Shown piece by piece: positions 39,390 through 50,460 of a DNA stretch of 64,000 nt; the stretch's first letter is position 1, and the number at the start of each line of letters is the position of its first letter. The translations under genes were made by a program, and so were the position numbers. Location: assembly GCA_029855935.1 (NCBI GenBank), contig JAGSHN010000004.1:1-64000 (forward strand), written 5' to 3'. The notes under the pieces are model-generated. The model searched no databases and was not told the origin of the DNA. It saw only the letters and a list, made by a program, of their open reading frames with translations. This DNA comes from Candidatus Thorarchaeota archaeon. Its GTDB lineage: Archaea > Asgardarchaeota > Thorarchaeia > Thorarchaeales > Thorarchaeaceae.

Positions 39390-39659
39390 GTGATGAGAGG
39401 GACAGTCCGGCTGGAGTTTGGAAATCGCAGAGTGGCCGAACAGGTGCATACTGCGATTAGTCCTGATAACAGACCACTGCCATCAGACCTTGTGATTGAG
39501 TCGAAACTCATGGGGGACGTGATAGAGATAACAGTCTCCACTGCGGCGGGCACGCCACGCCTCATGGCAACTCTGGAGGACCTCCTCAGCTCCGTTGACC
39601 TTGCACTGCGGACAATCTCTGAGGTGGCAACAGAGAGCGACTCAGACCAGGGGTCGTGA
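39390..39659 (+). CDS. pcc1: KEOPS subunit Pcc1
   Basis: AISPDN..L.ATLEDLL..V.LA. Confidence 0.88.
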   Translation: MMRGTVRLEFGNRRVAEQVHTAISPDNRPLPSDLVIESKLMGDVIEITVSTAAGTPRLMATLEDLLSSVDLALRTISEVATESDSDQGS

Positions 39660-39675
39660 GAGACACAACGAAGAC

Positions 39676-41145
39676 CTAGAGAGACTCGGACCCCTCGATG
39701 TCGTTGACAAACCGAGCGTATATCTCCTCGGCCTTCGTAATCGCCTGAGCCGCCATCTTCTCTGTGATGAAGCCCCTGTCCACAGCACGTTGAAGTAGAT
39801 GCTGGTCAATGATTCGCACATCGCCGCGATCTGGGACCCTGATCACGTCGATCTCAAGGTCGACATAACGAATCCGGCTTGGTCCACTACCATTAGGCGG
39901 GTAGATCTCGACACCAGTATTGATGTTCACGTACGTGCCTCTCATCTTTCCGGTTCGGGAGTAGTAGTCAGTAACAAGGATGGGTGAGCCAGCAATGGCA
40001 TGAGTTATGGCATAGTCACCCTCACCACGAAAGACGCGGACCTTGCCAAGATCATCATGATTCAACTTCAGCTTCCGGTCAGTATGGCGAAATTGCCTGC
40101 GAATCACTACCATATTTGGCTTAGACTCCACAACGCGCCCGCGAACCAGTATTATGTTCCGACCATCCAGTTTGACATGTTCTATGTTGATTGGGTCGTT
40201 CTCTCGGGGCATATCCCTCTGGATGACACGCTCAAGCCTCGACGTAATGTAGTTGCGCTGATCAGGACGCTCCTCGATGAGCATCTCGGCAAAATCGACA
40301 AGGGCGGAATAGCCGGCACTCTTGTAGAAGTGATGATGCCTGATTGTGGGCTCGATTCTTGAGCGGGCACGGTCCAAGGCCTCCTTGACCTCTGACGGAA
40401 ACTCGATGTCGGCATTGCTTGTCCCCTCAAGAAGGAGAAGAGGACCCTCCGCATCCTGGAAGCGGCTGTACACGTTCTGAGCGATGTCCAGCAGATCGTC
40501 CACCTCATTCCTCAGCTCCTCATCGGTCAGGCGCTCCGCAGCAGTGCGCCACAGTATCCCCCAGTTGTCGGTATACTCACGAATCTTCCGACCAAGAAGA
40601 ATCAGACGCCTACGGGCGCTGGTCCCCTTGATCTTCGTACTAATCTTCACAACGGGCTCGTCAGGAAGAAGAACCGCCGAACGCCCGGGAATTGTGATTG
40701 TTGTGGATAGCAGAGGCGACTTGCGACCATAGTCGTGTGCCTTGACTTGAACCATGACAGGAGCCCCCTTGTCGAGGCCCTTCTCTGGCAGAAGTCCTGT
40801 GATGTCGCCGAGGTCCACCTGGGTATGGCCTGTCTTCTCATCGACACCCATCACGATGCCTCGATAGATCGAGCTCTTTGCGACACGAGGTCGCCGTACT
40901 ATCACGCCACCGAGACGCTTTCTTAACGCATCTGTGAGTTCGGAGAGGACCGAATCGTACGCGATTGCCACTATGCCCTGCAGATCACTACGGTCCCAGA
41001 TGTCGACATCCGGAACGCCATCACGATACGGGAGGCCAAACCGCATCGCGATGTCAGATGTCGGCTGGATTATCTCGAAGTGGCTCTGGAGCATTATCTG
41101 AGTGAGCGACTGCGAATAGATTCCTCTTATCCTCGCCTTTATCAT
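39676..41145 (-). CDS. fau-1: FAU-1 RNA-binding ribonuclease (RNase E/G-like + DUF402)
   Basis: RIRGIYS, WGILWRTAA, HHFYK, YVNINT.VEIY..IRYVDLEIDV. Confidence 0.9.
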   Translation of the reverse strand: MIKARIRGIYSQSLTQIMLQSHFEIIQPTSDIAMRFGLPYRDGVPDVDIWDRSDLQGIVAIAYDSVLSELTDALRKRLGGVIVRRPRVAKSSIYRGIVMGVDEKTGHTQVDLGDITGLLPEKGLDKGAPVMVQVKAHDYGRKSPLLSTTITIPGRSAVLLPDEPVVKISTKIKGTSARRRLILLGRKIREYTDNWGILWRTAAERLTDEELRNEVDDLLDIAQNVYSRFQDAEGPLLLLEGTSNADIEFPSEVKEALDRARSRIEPTIRHHHFYKSAGYSALVDFAEMLIEERPDQRNYITSRLERVIQRDMPRENDPINIEHVKLDGRNIILVRGRVVESKPNMVVIRRQFRHTDRKLKLNHDDLGKVRVFRGEGDYAITHAIAGSPILVTDYYSRTGKMRGTYVNINTGVEIYPPNGSGPSRIRYVDLEIDVIRVPDRGDVRIIDQHLLQRAVDRGFITEKMAAQAITKAEEIYARFVNDIEGSESL

Positions 41146-41237
41146 GGATACTCACTGGCCCAGAATATCACCTCCCCACCGGATGGTGGGGGCGGTGGAG
41201 TCTATCGTTTTCTGGACTGTGGCCGCAGATGCCCGCC

Positions 41238-41501
41238 TCAGTCCCGAATTGGCTCCAAGAGACTCGAAACCTGCCAGATTCGTGTTCTTGCGAAGTTTGG
41301 GCAGTTCGGGTCTTGGCTCGGTTCGTCCAGTATTGCAATCACGTTTTGGGCCCGCACCGCGGGGGACTCGGACTCGTTCTCAAGGACCGCAATGGCCTCA
41401 TTAGCCGCACGCCGGATGTTTCGGGGAACGGATGTGTTCTCAGAGATCTCCTTGAGAAGATGCTTGGAATGTTCAATACTTCTTTGTGTTTCGGCGTCCA
41501 T
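41238..41501 (-). CDS. UPF0147 family protein
   Basis: SVPRNIRRAA..DPNCP.FARTRIWQ. Confidence 0.92.
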   Translation of the reverse strand: MDAETQRSIEHSKHLLKEISENTSVPRNIRRAANEAIAVLENESESPAVRAQNVIAILDEPSQDPNCPNFARTRIWQVSSLLEPIRD

Positions 41502-41686
41502 AGGGACTCACCTCAGAGAATTGTCTTGGCGCACCCGGACCTGGTGCTTGTAACGTGAAGACTCACCTGCTGATAACATATAGACGTTTTGATAGGAGGA
41601 ACCGCAGTAGACAGGGCGAGTGGCACCTCCAGTGAGGCTTATAGGGAGAGCCGGCCATATCACATCATTGTACGGGTGCAACAGAG

Positions 41687-42031
41687 ATGGACGAACGCGA
41701 CGACGCAGGGATTCGCAGGATGGCCGATCTCCTCAGGAGGGGGGCCACCATGCTAGCCCAGTCTTGCCCGGAGTGCGGTTCTCCCCTCATGAAGGTCGGC
41801 GATGATATCTATTGTGCGACTTGTAACCGCAGAGTCGTGTATGCGAAAGAGGGGACAGCCAGTGTCGCTGAGGATAGTACCGAACTTGCAGAACTACGAA
41901 GAACGCTCACGGACAAGCTCCGGACTGTCAATAGCCAGCTGGAGCAGGAGACCGACATCGAAGTTCTCACCAAACTGACCAACCTGATGGTCCTCCTGCT
42001 GCGCGCCCTGCGAGAACTGAGCAAGATATGA
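41687..42031 (+). CDS. Sjogren autoantigen p27-like zinc-finger protein (UPF0148)
   Basis: LLRRGATML..SCPECGSPL..YCATC. Confidence 0.9.
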   Translation: MDERDDAGIRRMADLLRRGATMLAQSCPECGSPLMKVGDDIYCATCNRRVVYAKEGTASVAEDSTELAELRRTLTDKLRTVNSQLEQETDIEVLTKLTNLMVLLLRALRELSKI

Positions 42032-42112
42032 CTGGACTCGTCACAACAGACACGGACAAAAGAAGAGAGGAGTGTGGGCCACGGGGCCCAACTCTCATAC
42101 AGATCTATGCAC

Positions 42113-44101
42113 CTACTCGCGCTCTGCGACCAGCTTGTCGACAACAGACGGGTCGGCAAGGGTCGTGGTATCACCCAGGTCCTCCACATGACCCGCGGCA
42201 ATCTTCTTGAGGATACGCCTCATGATCTTGCCTGAGCGGGTCTTCGGTAGCGCGTCCGCGAACTGAATCTTCGCGGGAGTGGCAATTGGACCGACCTCTT
42301 TCCTGACGTGCTGGCGCAGCTCCTGCTTGAGCTCCTCAGAGCGCTGGACACCAGCCTTTAGCGTCACAAAGGCGTAGATGTCCTCCCCCTTGATCTCGTG
42401 CGGAAAGCCGACGACCGCAGCCTCCGCCACAGCAGGATGTGACACGAGCGCGCTCTCAATCTCAGCCGTGCCAAGCCTGTGGCCTGACACCTTCAGCACG
42501 TCGTCAATCCGACCCATGATGAAGTAGTAGCCATCCTCGTTGAACCGTGCGCCGTCGCCAGTCATGTACATTGGCCGGCCAGTCTCTGGATCCTTGTACT
42601 GGACCCAGTAGGTCTTGATGAAACGCTCATGGTCGCCGTACACAGTCCTCATGAGGCCAGGCCAAGGCTTCTTGATACAGAGATAGCCACCCTCATCGGG
42701 CCCGACAGGGTTGCCCGACTCGTCCACAATGAGTGGGTCGATGCCGAAGTATGGGAATGTGGCACTGCCTGGTATGAGATCGTCAGCACCCGGCAGCGGA
42801 GTAATGATGACACCACCCGTTTCGGTCTGCCAGTAGGTGTCGACAATCGGACATCGCTTCTTGCCCACGACCTCGTAGTACCAGATCCATGCCTCGGGGT
42901 TGATGGGCTCGCCGACCGTGCCCAACAGGTTGAGTGTCGACAGGTCGTGCTTCTTGACAGGCTCCTCACCGTAGCGCATCAGGGAGCGGATGGCAGTAGG
43001 TGCGGTGTAGAACTGGTTGACCTTCCAGCGCTCGACCTCCAGCCAGAAGCGGTCGACATCCGGATAGGTCGGCACGCCCTCGAACATCATTGTCGTGGCC
43101 CCAGCAGAGAGTGGACCGTAGACGATGTAGGAGTGGCCAGTGATCCAGCCGATGTCAGCAGTGCACCAGTAGACATCACCCGGATGCCAGTCGAATATGT
43201 GCAGGAAGGTGTGTGTCGTGTACACCATGTAGCCACCGAGCGTGTGAAGAACACCCTTTGGCTTGCCAGTCGAACCAGAGGTGTAGAGAATGAACAGTGG
43301 GTCCTCAGCATTCATCCACTCAGGATCGCACTTGTCGTCGACCTTCGCGTACTCCTCATGGTACCAGACATCACGTCCCTCGGTCCACGGGAGGTCGTCG
43401 CGGCCGACTCTCTTCACGACAAGGACCTTCTCGACAGGGGTGCCGTCGAGTGCCCTGTCAGCAGTTTCCTTCTGCTTGATGACCTTGCCGCTGCGGTAGT
43501 ATCCGTCAGCGGTCACGAGAAGCTTGCCCTTACAGTCGAGAATACGGTCGCGCAGTGAGTCGGAACTGAACCCGCCGAACACAATACTGTGAATGGCGCC
43601 AATTCGCACGCACGCAAGCATGATGATGGCAAGCTCGGGAATCATTGGTAGGTATATTGTGACACGGTCGCCCTTCTTGACGCCCAAGTTCTTCAGAACA
43701 TTCGCGGCCTTGTTGACCTCGCTCAGTAGCTGCTTGTATGTGTATGTCTTTGACTCGTCAAGAGGCTCGCCCTGCCAGATGAGAGCAATCTGGTCGCCCC
43801 TGCCAGCCTCGACATGCTTGTCAAGGCAGTTGTAGGCCAAGTTGGTGATACCGTCCTCGAACCATGTGAAGCGGGCGTTCTCGGGGTCCTTCCAGTCTAG
43901 GCCCTTCGTTGGCTCCTTCTTCCAGTAACAGTACTTCTTGGCAATCTCAAGCCAGAACTTGTCGGGGTTCTCTATCGATTCCTTCCAGAGCTTCATCCGT
44001 TCCTCGTGGCTCTTGATATAGGCCTTCTCGACGAAGCTCTTGGGAGGCGGGAACCTCCGCTCTTCGGTCGTAGTCACCGTGATCTTCTTCTCTTCACTCA
44101 A
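42113..44101 (-). CDS. acs: AMP-forming acetyl-CoA synthetase
   Basis: [33 protein letters not shown]. Confidence 0.97.
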   Translation of the reverse strand: MSEEKKITVTTTEERRFPPPKSFVEKAYIKSHEERMKLWKESIENPDKFWLEIAKKYCYWKKEPTKGLDWKDPENARFTWFEDGITNLAYNCLDKHVEAGRGDQIALIWQGEPLDESKTYTYKQLLSEVNKAANVLKNLGVKKGDRVTIYLPMIPELAIIMLACVRIGAIHSIVFGGFSSDSLRDRILDCKGKLLVTADGYYRSGKVIKQKETADRALDGTPVEKVLVVKRVGRDDLPWTEGRDVWYHEEYAKVDDKCDPEWMNAEDPLFILYTSGSTGKPKGVLHTLGGYMVYTTHTFLHIFDWHPGDVYWCTADIGWITGHSYIVYGPLSAGATTMMFEGVPTYPDVDRFWLEVERWKVNQFYTAPTAIRSLMRYGEEPVKKHDLSTLNLLGTVGEPINPEAWIWYYEVVGKKRCPIVDTYWQTETGGVIITPLPGADDLIPGSATFPYFGIDPLIVDESGNPVGPDEGGYLCIKKPWPGLMRTVYGDHERFIKTYWVQYKDPETGRPMYMTGDGARFNEDGYYFIMGRIDDVLKVSGHRLGTAEIESALVSHPAVAEAAVVGFPHEIKGEDIYAFVTLKAGVQRSEELKQELRQHVRKEVGPIATPAKIQFADALPKTRSGKIMRRILKKIAAGHVEDLGDTTTLADPSVVDKLVAERE

Positions 44102-44289
44102 CGTTGGTCACCCTAAACCAAGCATATGCTCTGCGCTCGCACGTCTATCACCGCATAATAAAGCTTGTCCAAACAGTTAGTGGAGAGAATGAAGAGATGC
44201 CTAGCAATGGGCGTAGTGCGGCGAGATCATAAGAAAGAGGCAGCGAGCCTCGTCCATTGAGGCTCGCCATCCAGACTCGGCCGATGAGC

Positions 44290-44868
44290 CTATTCGACAG
44301 GAAATGTTGGCCAACCATTCACCTCGGCCATAGCGAGATAGAACGCACTGGCACCACAGACTATTCCCTCGTATCCGGCAATTGTCCCAATGATGGGCGC
44401 TGCAGGATTGCCGATGAAGGTCAGGCCATCGGCGATAGCCAGAAGGAAGAAGAGAATCGCCAACGACAGAAACACGAACTGAAGGACACGATTGGTCTTC
44501 AGTGTGCCGAAGAACATGAGGAATGTGAAGATTCCCCAGCACACGAGATAGGCAGACATAGAGGCCTTGTCAGCAGCAGCAGTCCATGCTGGGTCGAAGG
44601 ACGAGAACAGATTCAGGAAGACGAAGGTCATCCAGAATAGGCCGTAAGACAGAAACGCAACCATCCCGAACGTGTTTCCCTTCTTGAACTCCATCACTCC
44701 CGCAAAGATCTGCGCCATGCCTCCATAGAATATGCCCATGGCGAAGATCACGGCCAGACTGGTCTCAGCAGGGATTATGCCTGCTGTCCGAAGATTCAGC
44801 AGCACCGTGGTCATGCCGAAGCCAATCAGACCTAGCGGAGCCGGATTCGCTAGTTCGTTTTCGCTCAT
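44290..44868 (-). CDS. satP: Acetate uptake permease (SatP/YaaH/Gpr1-Fun34)
   Basis: [12 protein letters not shown] signature; GNTFG..F.SYG.FW. Confidence 0.93.
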   Translation of the reverse strand: MSENELANPAPLGLIGFGMTTVLLNLRTAGIIPAETSLAVIFAMGIFYGGMAQIFAGVMEFKKGNTFGMVAFLSYGLFWMTFVFLNLFSSFDPAWTAAADKASMSAYLVCWGIFTFLMFFGTLKTNRVLQFVFLSLAILFFLLAIADGLTFIGNPAAPIIGTIAGYEGIVCGASAFYLAMAEVNGWPTFPVE

Positions 44869-45029
44869 TCGGTGTAGCCTCCTTTTGGTGGAGAGGAAAT
44901 CTCGCGGTGGGTGAATCTACCCCCCTTATATCGATTCCCGTTTCTTGGCGTCCAAGGACACAACGTCCCCTCAATGTCCATCGCAACTTTTTTATCGCTT
45001 ACAAAACCCAACGTGCCAAGAGGCTGACT

Positions 45030-45107
45030 GGGCCCGTGGCTTAGACTGGTCATAGCACCGCTCTGATAAGGCGGGGGTCGCCGGTTCAAATCCGGCCGGG
45101 CCCACCA
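45030..45107 (+). tRNA. tRNA-Ile(GAT)
   Basis: GGGCCCG/CGGGCCC acceptor; CCGCT-CTGATAA-GGCGG arm; encoded CCA. Confidence 0.97.
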
Positions 45108-45140
45108 CTACTTCTGCATACTTCTATACTGCAATCGTAG

Positions 45141-46034
45141 TCAGTGGCGAGAGAACACCTCAGGTGCCTCTCTTGCAATCTTGGCAAGAGACTGCTCCGC
45201 CTCGGCAGTCGTCAGCTCGAATACCAGAGGGCCAGCAAAGGAGTCCCGGAACAATTCCATCATGAAGTCTCTGACGGGCATCTCGCCCTCTCCAAGTGCA
45301 ATATGATCTCGGTGAACGGTCACACCGTCATACTCAGCATAGCTCCCATCGTGAAGATGTATCTCAGCGATGCGGTCCTTATGGCGCCGATAGAACTCAG
45401 TCACCGATTCGGTACCAGAGTAGTGTGTCAGGAGGTGACCCGTGTCAAAACAGATGCTGGTATCATACTCATCGACGAGTTCGCGTGTGAGGGCAAAGGG
45501 GAACTCGACGTTCTCAAGGGCCAGTCTTCGAGAACTGACCTCACTGCGCGTGATAATCTCCTCAAGACTCTGAGCAGCGATTCCATTCATCAGGGCACAT
45601 ATCACATTCACAATATTCTGTGGAAAGTCTAGTCGAGAGAACTCGGCAGCCAGAGCACCCGTTATGTGAAGTACCATGACCTCTGGCTCCAGCGGCTCCG
45701 CTAGGCGTATCGCGTCGACGATGGACTTCACGCTCGCACTCCGGACCGGCTCGTTGAAGCTCGCGGGCTCCAATGACCACAGGGGTAGATGGGCGGTATA
45801 TGATATTTCGAGCTCATCCTTCATGTCAGCCAGCTGGGAAACGACAGAGGGCGTCAATGCCTGCGGGATGATATGAGATATGTCCATCGAGATCTCGATG
45901 ACGGAGATATTCTCCATACTTGCTGCCTCACACACTATCTCAATCAGGTTGAAACGCGAGAAGTCGGGTACACCGTTCACAAGTATTCGCTCGGCTGCAG
46001 GACCAAACTCTAGAGGGACTATTCCAAACCTCAA
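45141..46034 (-). CDS. Xylose-isomerase-like/AP endonuclease 2 TIM barrel (CbiR-like phosphodiesterase possible)
   Basis: TAHLPL, LALEN, CFDTGH, IHLHD, DHIALG, VFE. Confidence 0.85.
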   Translation of the reverse strand: MRFGIVPLEFGPAAERILVNGVPDFSRFNLIEIVCEAASMENISVIEISMDISHIIPQALTPSVVSQLADMKDELEISYTAHLPLWSLEPASFNEPVRSASVKSIVDAIRLAEPLEPEVMVLHITGALAAEFSRLDFPQNIVNVICALMNGIAAQSLEEIITRSEVSSRRLALENVEFPFALTRELVDEYDTSICFDTGHLLTHYSGTESVTEFYRRHKDRIAEIHLHDGSYAEYDGVTVHRDHIALGEGEMPVRDFMMELFRDSFAGPLVFELTTAEAEQSLAKIAREAPEVFSRH

Positions 46035-46130
46035 CTCTTACTGAGCCCCCGGTATAGTGCGTGGGCTATTGAGGTCACACTCTAACGATTATCTCTTCCT
46101 GTTTCGGACTGGAAGAGCGAACCACAGAAC

Positions 46131-46619
46131 TCAGCGAGGGGATGGAAGTTTCACAAGCTCGTGCCGCTCAACGACGGGGTCGACCTCAAGGACCTCCACT
46201 TTGATCATCCTGTCACCCTGTCGGATGCTCTTAACGATATCAAAGCCCTCGACTACACGGCCAAACACAGTATGACGACCATCGAGATGACGACAGTTCT
46301 TCTCGTTCAGAACAATAAAGAACTGGCTACCACCAGTGTCACGCCCCGCGTGGGCCATTGAGAGGGCGCCATTGACGTGTTTCTGGCGGGGACCGTCTGT
46401 TTCGCAGGGAATTGCATAGCCAGGGCCACCAGTGCCATTGCCCAGCGGATCGCCGCCCTGTACGACGAAGTCGGGGACGACACGGTGGAAAGTCAGCCCG
46501 TCATAGAAGCCACTCCGAGCAAGCTCGACAAAGTTCTTGACGGTATTCACGGCGTCATCTGACCAGAGCTCAAGAAGGATTGTACCCCGCTCGGTCTCCA
46601 TTCGTACTCTAGTTGGCAA
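46131..46619 (-). CDS. Cyclophilin-type peptidyl-prolyl isomerase
   Basis: [36 protein letters not shown]. Confidence 0.96.
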   Translation of the reverse strand: MPTRVRMETERGTILLELWSDDAVNTVKNFVELARSGFYDGLTFHRVVPDFVVQGGDPLGNGTGGPGYAIPCETDGPRQKHVNGALSMAHAGRDTGGSQFFIVLNEKNCRHLDGRHTVFGRVVEGFDIVKSIRQGDRMIKVEVLEVDPVVERHELVKLPSPR

Positions 46620-46739
46620 GGTCTCAACTCCAATTGACCGAGAGGCCTGTTGCCCCTATCGCTGGCGACTGGGAACCGGTCCTCTCGCTGGAGCACTACT
46701 TCCTCACCACTTATTAACAGACCGCTGCGGAGCAAATGA

Positions 46740-47942
46740 TTGATGACCGTTCTGAGAGAGTACACTGAGGGACTTGTTCGATTCCTCAGCGCGGACCTTG
46801 AGTACTACTGCGGAGGGAAACAGCAGGCCACAACAGATCTCCCAGTGTTCTACAATCCTAGAATGCAAGTCAACCGCGACCTCTCAGTGATCTTTCTCGC
46901 AGCATATATGGTCACACACAGAGTGGATAGAGTCTGTGAGCCTCTCGCGGGATCGGGTATCAGAACACTGAGGTATCTTACAGAGAGTCCGGGGGACTTC
47001 AAGGCCATCATGTTCGACAACAATCCCGAGGCGGTGAGGGTGGCAAGGGAGAACATCGAGATGAATGGCCTGCAGGACCGCGCCTCGGTCAGACGTGGAG
47101 ATGCAAGAGTCTTGTTGCTGACGGAGTCCAGATCGCTGCGATTCGACTTTGTTGATGTAGACCCATTTGGCTCGCCCGCCCCATTTGTCAACGCGGCAGT
47201 ACAGTCAATACTGCCTAGAGAGGGGCTGCTCGCCCTGACAGCAACCGATATGCCTGCTCTGTGTGGCATCTTCCCAGAAGTGGCGCAGCGCAAATACGGG
47301 GGCCTCTCAGTCCGCGCACCGTTCTCGCACGAGGCGGCGGCGAGGCTTCTGATAGGACTCGCAACATCGGTCGCAGGAATGAATGATGCCTCAATCGAGC
47401 CGTTGGCCAGCCTCAGTACAGATCACTACGTGAGGGTCTGGTTGCATCTCAGAGCAAGCAAGTCAACGGCCAATGTTCATGCGAGAGAGAGGGGGATCAT
47501 AAGATACTGCCAGCAGTGTTCAAGTTTTGATGTGCAGCCATTGGCCGAGGCCACGACCGATTCGCCTCTCCAGCATGTGCCCGGATGCAGGGGAGAGGTC
47601 AGGGCGGCTGGCCCGCTGTGGATTGGCAGTCTATACAACACCGAGTTCCTGGAGCATGCTCAGACATGCGACGTCAACAGGGATGTTCTGCACAAGAGGA
47701 GCGGAAAGATACTTGAGCTGATGCGGCAAGAGGCGGCAATGACAAGATGGCCCTATATTGACCTTCATGCCCTGTGCGACATATACGGACTCTCACCGCC
47801 TAAGATGGCGCACGTGATGGAGACTCTGATAGAGCAGGGCTACAAGACGGTGAGAACACACTTCAGACCAACGGCCATCCGGACGACCGCATCGGTGGCC
47901 GACGTACTGACCGTACTGAGGAGCCTCAGAGGAGGCGGATGA
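46740..47942 (+). CDS. trm1: tRNA (guanine26-N2)-dimethyltransferase
   Basis: VFYNP..NRD, GSGIR, DVDPFGSP, TATD, GPLW.G, RTHF. Confidence 0.95.
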   Translation: MMTVLREYTEGLVRFLSADLEYYCGGKQQATTDLPVFYNPRMQVNRDLSVIFLAAYMVTHRVDRVCEPLAGSGIRTLRYLTESPGDFKAIMFDNNPEAVRVARENIEMNGLQDRASVRRGDARVLLLTESRSLRFDFVDVDPFGSPAPFVNAAVQSILPREGLLALTATDMPALCGIFPEVAQRKYGGLSVRAPFSHEAAARLLIGLATSVAGMNDASIEPLASLSTDHYVRVWLHLRASKSTANVHARERGIIRYCQQCSSFDVQPLAEATTDSPLQHVPGCRGEVRAAGPLWIGSLYNTEFLEHAQTCDVNRDVLHKRSGKILELMRQEAAMTRWPYIDLHALCDIYGLSPPKMAHVMETLIEQGYKTVRTHFRPTAIRTTASVADVLTVLRSLRGGG

Positions 47943-47943
47943 T

Positions 47944-48561
47944 ATGGGTCGGCCAAAGAAGGACAGACGAGAGGAGCACTACTACAGGCAGGCGAAACGG
48001 CACGGCTATAGAGCACGGTCCGCGTACAAGCTCAAGCAGATCATCCGCAGGTTCAACCTCTTAAGGGGCGTTGACAAGGTCGTCGAGTTGTGTTCCAGTC
48101 CCGGAGGATGGACACAAGTCCTCATGGAGATGGGGCAGAACCTTGAGATCGTAGCAGTCGACCTCACACCGATGATGCCAATCGCTGGAATACATTTCAT
48201 TCAGGGCGATATCACAGAGGAGGCCACACTAGAACAGATAGTCAATGTGATGCGCGGGAGTGCTGACCTCGTTGTGGCCGACTGCTCACCCAAAGTCAGC
48301 GGCCACTGGGAACTCGATGTGGCCAGACAGCTGGAACTCGCAAGACGTACCCTAGAGATAGGACAGAGATTGCTGGGGCCACAGGGAAAAGTCGTCACAA
48401 AGGTATTTCAGGGGCCGGGATTCCAAGAGCTCATGAGAGAGGTACGGCAGACCTTCTCCACTGTACGTCTTGTCAAGCCAGATGCATCGCGACGAACAAG
48501 TGCCGAGATCTATCTCGTGGCCATCGGTCCGAGGCGACAGTACAGCGACGACGAGCTATGA
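47944..48561 (+). CDS. rlmE: 23S rRNA 2'-O-methyltransferase RlmE/FtsJ
   Basis: GYRARSAYKL, SPGGW, KVFQG, KPDASR..SAEIY. Confidence 0.94.
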   Translation: MGRPKKDRREEHYYRQAKRHGYRARSAYKLKQIIRRFNLLRGVDKVVELCSSPGGWTQVLMEMGQNLEIVAVDLTPMMPIAGIHFIQGDITEEATLEQIVNVMRGSADLVVADCSPKVSGHWELDVARQLELARRTLEIGQRLLGPQGKVVTKVFQGPGFQELMREVRQTFSTVRLVKPDASRRTSAEIYLVAIGPRRQYSDDEL

Positions 48562-48927
48562 CGACGTGTTGGCGCCCAATATCCACTCCTCAAGACTCTT
48601 GCATGACAGCGGAGAGTCAGGCTGACGTGCACCGCATCTTGAGATCTTCAGGCAGTGGAAGCATGGGCAGCCATTCAGGTCCGATAGACGAGTGTGCTCC
48701 TCTGATGTCACCTGCCCCCGAAGTATGTATCTTGTCTGTTCCAAATCCTGTTTCTGCATTACTTGTCCCTCTGATATGAGCTGTTCCATGGTCGTCTGTA
48801 TTTCGCTGGTGTCAATTGCAAGAGTATCGGTCAATTCCTCGAACAGTAGCCCCCTGCTTCCTGCGGCTCTGAGAGCATCCAGGATACGGTCGGCTACTTT
48901 CATTTCAATGACCTTGTGAATAGACAC
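48556..48927 (-). CDS. TFE-beta / RPC34(C39)-like protein
   Basis: N-terminal winged helix plus CPCFHC....RC.....SP..C..L.EW FeS motif. Confidence 0.8.
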   Translation of the reverse strand: MSIHKVIEMKVADRILDALRAAGSRGLLFEELTDTLAIDTSEIQTTMEQLISEGQVMQKQDLEQTRYILRGQVTSEEHTRLSDLNGCPCFHCLKISRCGARQPDSPLSCKSLEEWILGANTSS

Positions 48928-49059
48928 ACGACAAGAGTAGACGAATTACGCGGCCCCATATTTAATGTTCGGAAGCTGCCAGTCCACTAGCGTATCACAT
49001 GGTACTAACTTGTGCATAGATGAACATTTCGAACAGGGAATGCGTGTACAAGCGACTAA

Positions 49060-49410
49060 TCATGGCCGACGCTCCCGTCGGCGTTTCTGCTCCACGGTAT
49101 AGAGTGCCGCGCCAATGAGACTATGAGGCCAGTCCTCCGGCAGTGCCTTGGCCAGCGGCGTGCGGGAAGAACGGGATGCCGAGCCGATCTTTCGTGATGA
49201 GCGGGCTTTGCGCTCGGCAATCTCCTGCGGCGAGTAGGGACGTACTGCAACATAGGGATGTTTCACGGGACCAAAGACATCAACAATCATCCCCACCGGT
49301 TCGACGCGCTTGTCAACCACCTCGACGCCCAGAGGGGGCGGCCGATCGCATCGCAGAATGATGGTGCCACGCTTCGATATGTGGCTGACAGTTCCGACAC
49401 GACGGGGCAT
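49060..49410 (-). CDS. gar1: H/ACA RNP subunit Gar1
   Basis: VG.IVDVFGPVKHPYVAV. Confidence 0.88.
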   Translation of the reverse strand: MPRRVGTVSHISKRGTIILRCDRPPPLGVEVVDKRVEPVGMIVDVFGPVKHPYVAVRPYSPQEIAERKARSSRKIGSASRSSRTPLAKALPEDWPHSLIGAALYTVEQKRRRERRP

Positions 49411-49417
49411 TCACTAT

Positions 49418-49777
49418 TCACCTGCGTTTGCGGCCCTTCTTCTTCTTGCTGCGCTTCTCTGCTGCGGCCCTTGCAGCCTCACGCTGCGCCACCAGCCTAC
49501 GTACGCCCTTCGCGAGCACTAACAGGAGCCTCTTCTTCTTGTGCCCTGCCGGGTTGCTCACAACAATGTAGCCAGTTTCTCGCGTCCAGTCACGAGGATA
49601 CCTCTTCTCAGGATGTGGTTCGACCTCAAGCCCAGCAGAGCGTGCAGCGGCGGCAAGGATGTCGAGAGTGACATTTGGAGCAGCCAAGTTCGAGGGGATT
49701 CTTCGGCCCTGCGACCTTGACAGTGTTGAGTCTAGGTAGACGGGCCAGACTATGACCTTTCCCTCGTGCGGACGCAT
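49418..49777 (-). CDS. srp19: Signal recognition particle protein SRP19
   Basis: VWPVYLDSTLSRSQGRRIP, KRYPR. Confidence 0.95.
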   Translation of the reverse strand: MRPHEGKVIVWPVYLDSTLSRSQGRRIPSNLAAPNVTLDILAAAARSAGLEVEPHPEKRYPRDWTRETGYIVVSNPAGHKKKRLLLVLAKGVRRLVAQREAARAAAEKRSKKKKGRKRR

Positions 49778-49900
49778 TTCTGCTCAGCCTCATTGTTGAG
49801 AGCAAAACGCGGTCTTTTTATCTTTGCCATAGAGTATTGAGGACCTGACCCGCCTTTGTGGCGAAATGAGCACATTGAGAGTCTCGTGGAGTCGTAGACC

Positions 49901-50383
49901 GTGGTACGAAAGAGCAAGGATGTCTACTTTGCAGAAATAGCTGATCTCGTTTCCTCACGGAGCACGTGCCTCAGAAACCAAGTGGGAGCAGTGTTGGTCA
50001 AGGATGGACAGATACTCTCCACCGGGTACAATGGCGCGCCTCGCGGGCTGCCACACTGTAGCGAGGTGGGCTGCCTTCGCGAGCGGTTGGGAGTGCCTCC
50101 GGGGGAACGACACGAGTTGTGCAGAGGACTCCATGCCGAGCAGAACGCCATAATACAGGCTGCATACCACGGGGTAAGCGTGAGAGGGGCGATACTCTAC
50201 TGCACCACACGGCCGTGCAGCATATGTACAAAGATGCTGATTAACGCGGGGATTGAAGAGATAATCTACATTGAGGAGTATGACGATAAGCTTGCAGCTG
50301 AGCTCGTCAAGGAGGCCGGGCTAAAGATTCGTAGAGTAGATGTCCCGCGTCGCTACGGCAGGACGGCCAGACAGGCAGACTAG
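49901..50383 (+). CDS. dCMP deaminase family protein
   Basis: RSTC..VGAV, GYNG, HAEQNA, PCSIC. Confidence 0.93.
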   Translation: MVRKSKDVYFAEIADLVSSRSTCLRNQVGAVLVKDGQILSTGYNGAPRGLPHCSEVGCLRERLGVPPGERHELCRGLHAEQNAIIQAAYHGVSVRGAILYCTTRPCSICTKMLINAGIEEIIYIEEYDDKLAAELVKEAGLKIRRVDVPRRYGRTARQAD

Positions 50384-50460
50384 TGACCGCAAGACTGTCT
50401 GAAAACGCTTAAAGCAATGTACATCATCAACAGGTCAAACATCGTGAAGAGTGAGCCTGA

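Noticed and set aside
42629-43558. Long antisense ORFs (also 4587-5387, 19636-20589, 23947-24876)
   Set aside because: Shadows of well-supported genes caused by GC-rich codon bias; no motifs
49009-49053. Hairpin CTTGTGCAT/GTGTACAAG with ATGAA bulge (SECIS-like)
   Set aside because: No opposing GA, antisense to flanking genes, no selenoprotein nearby
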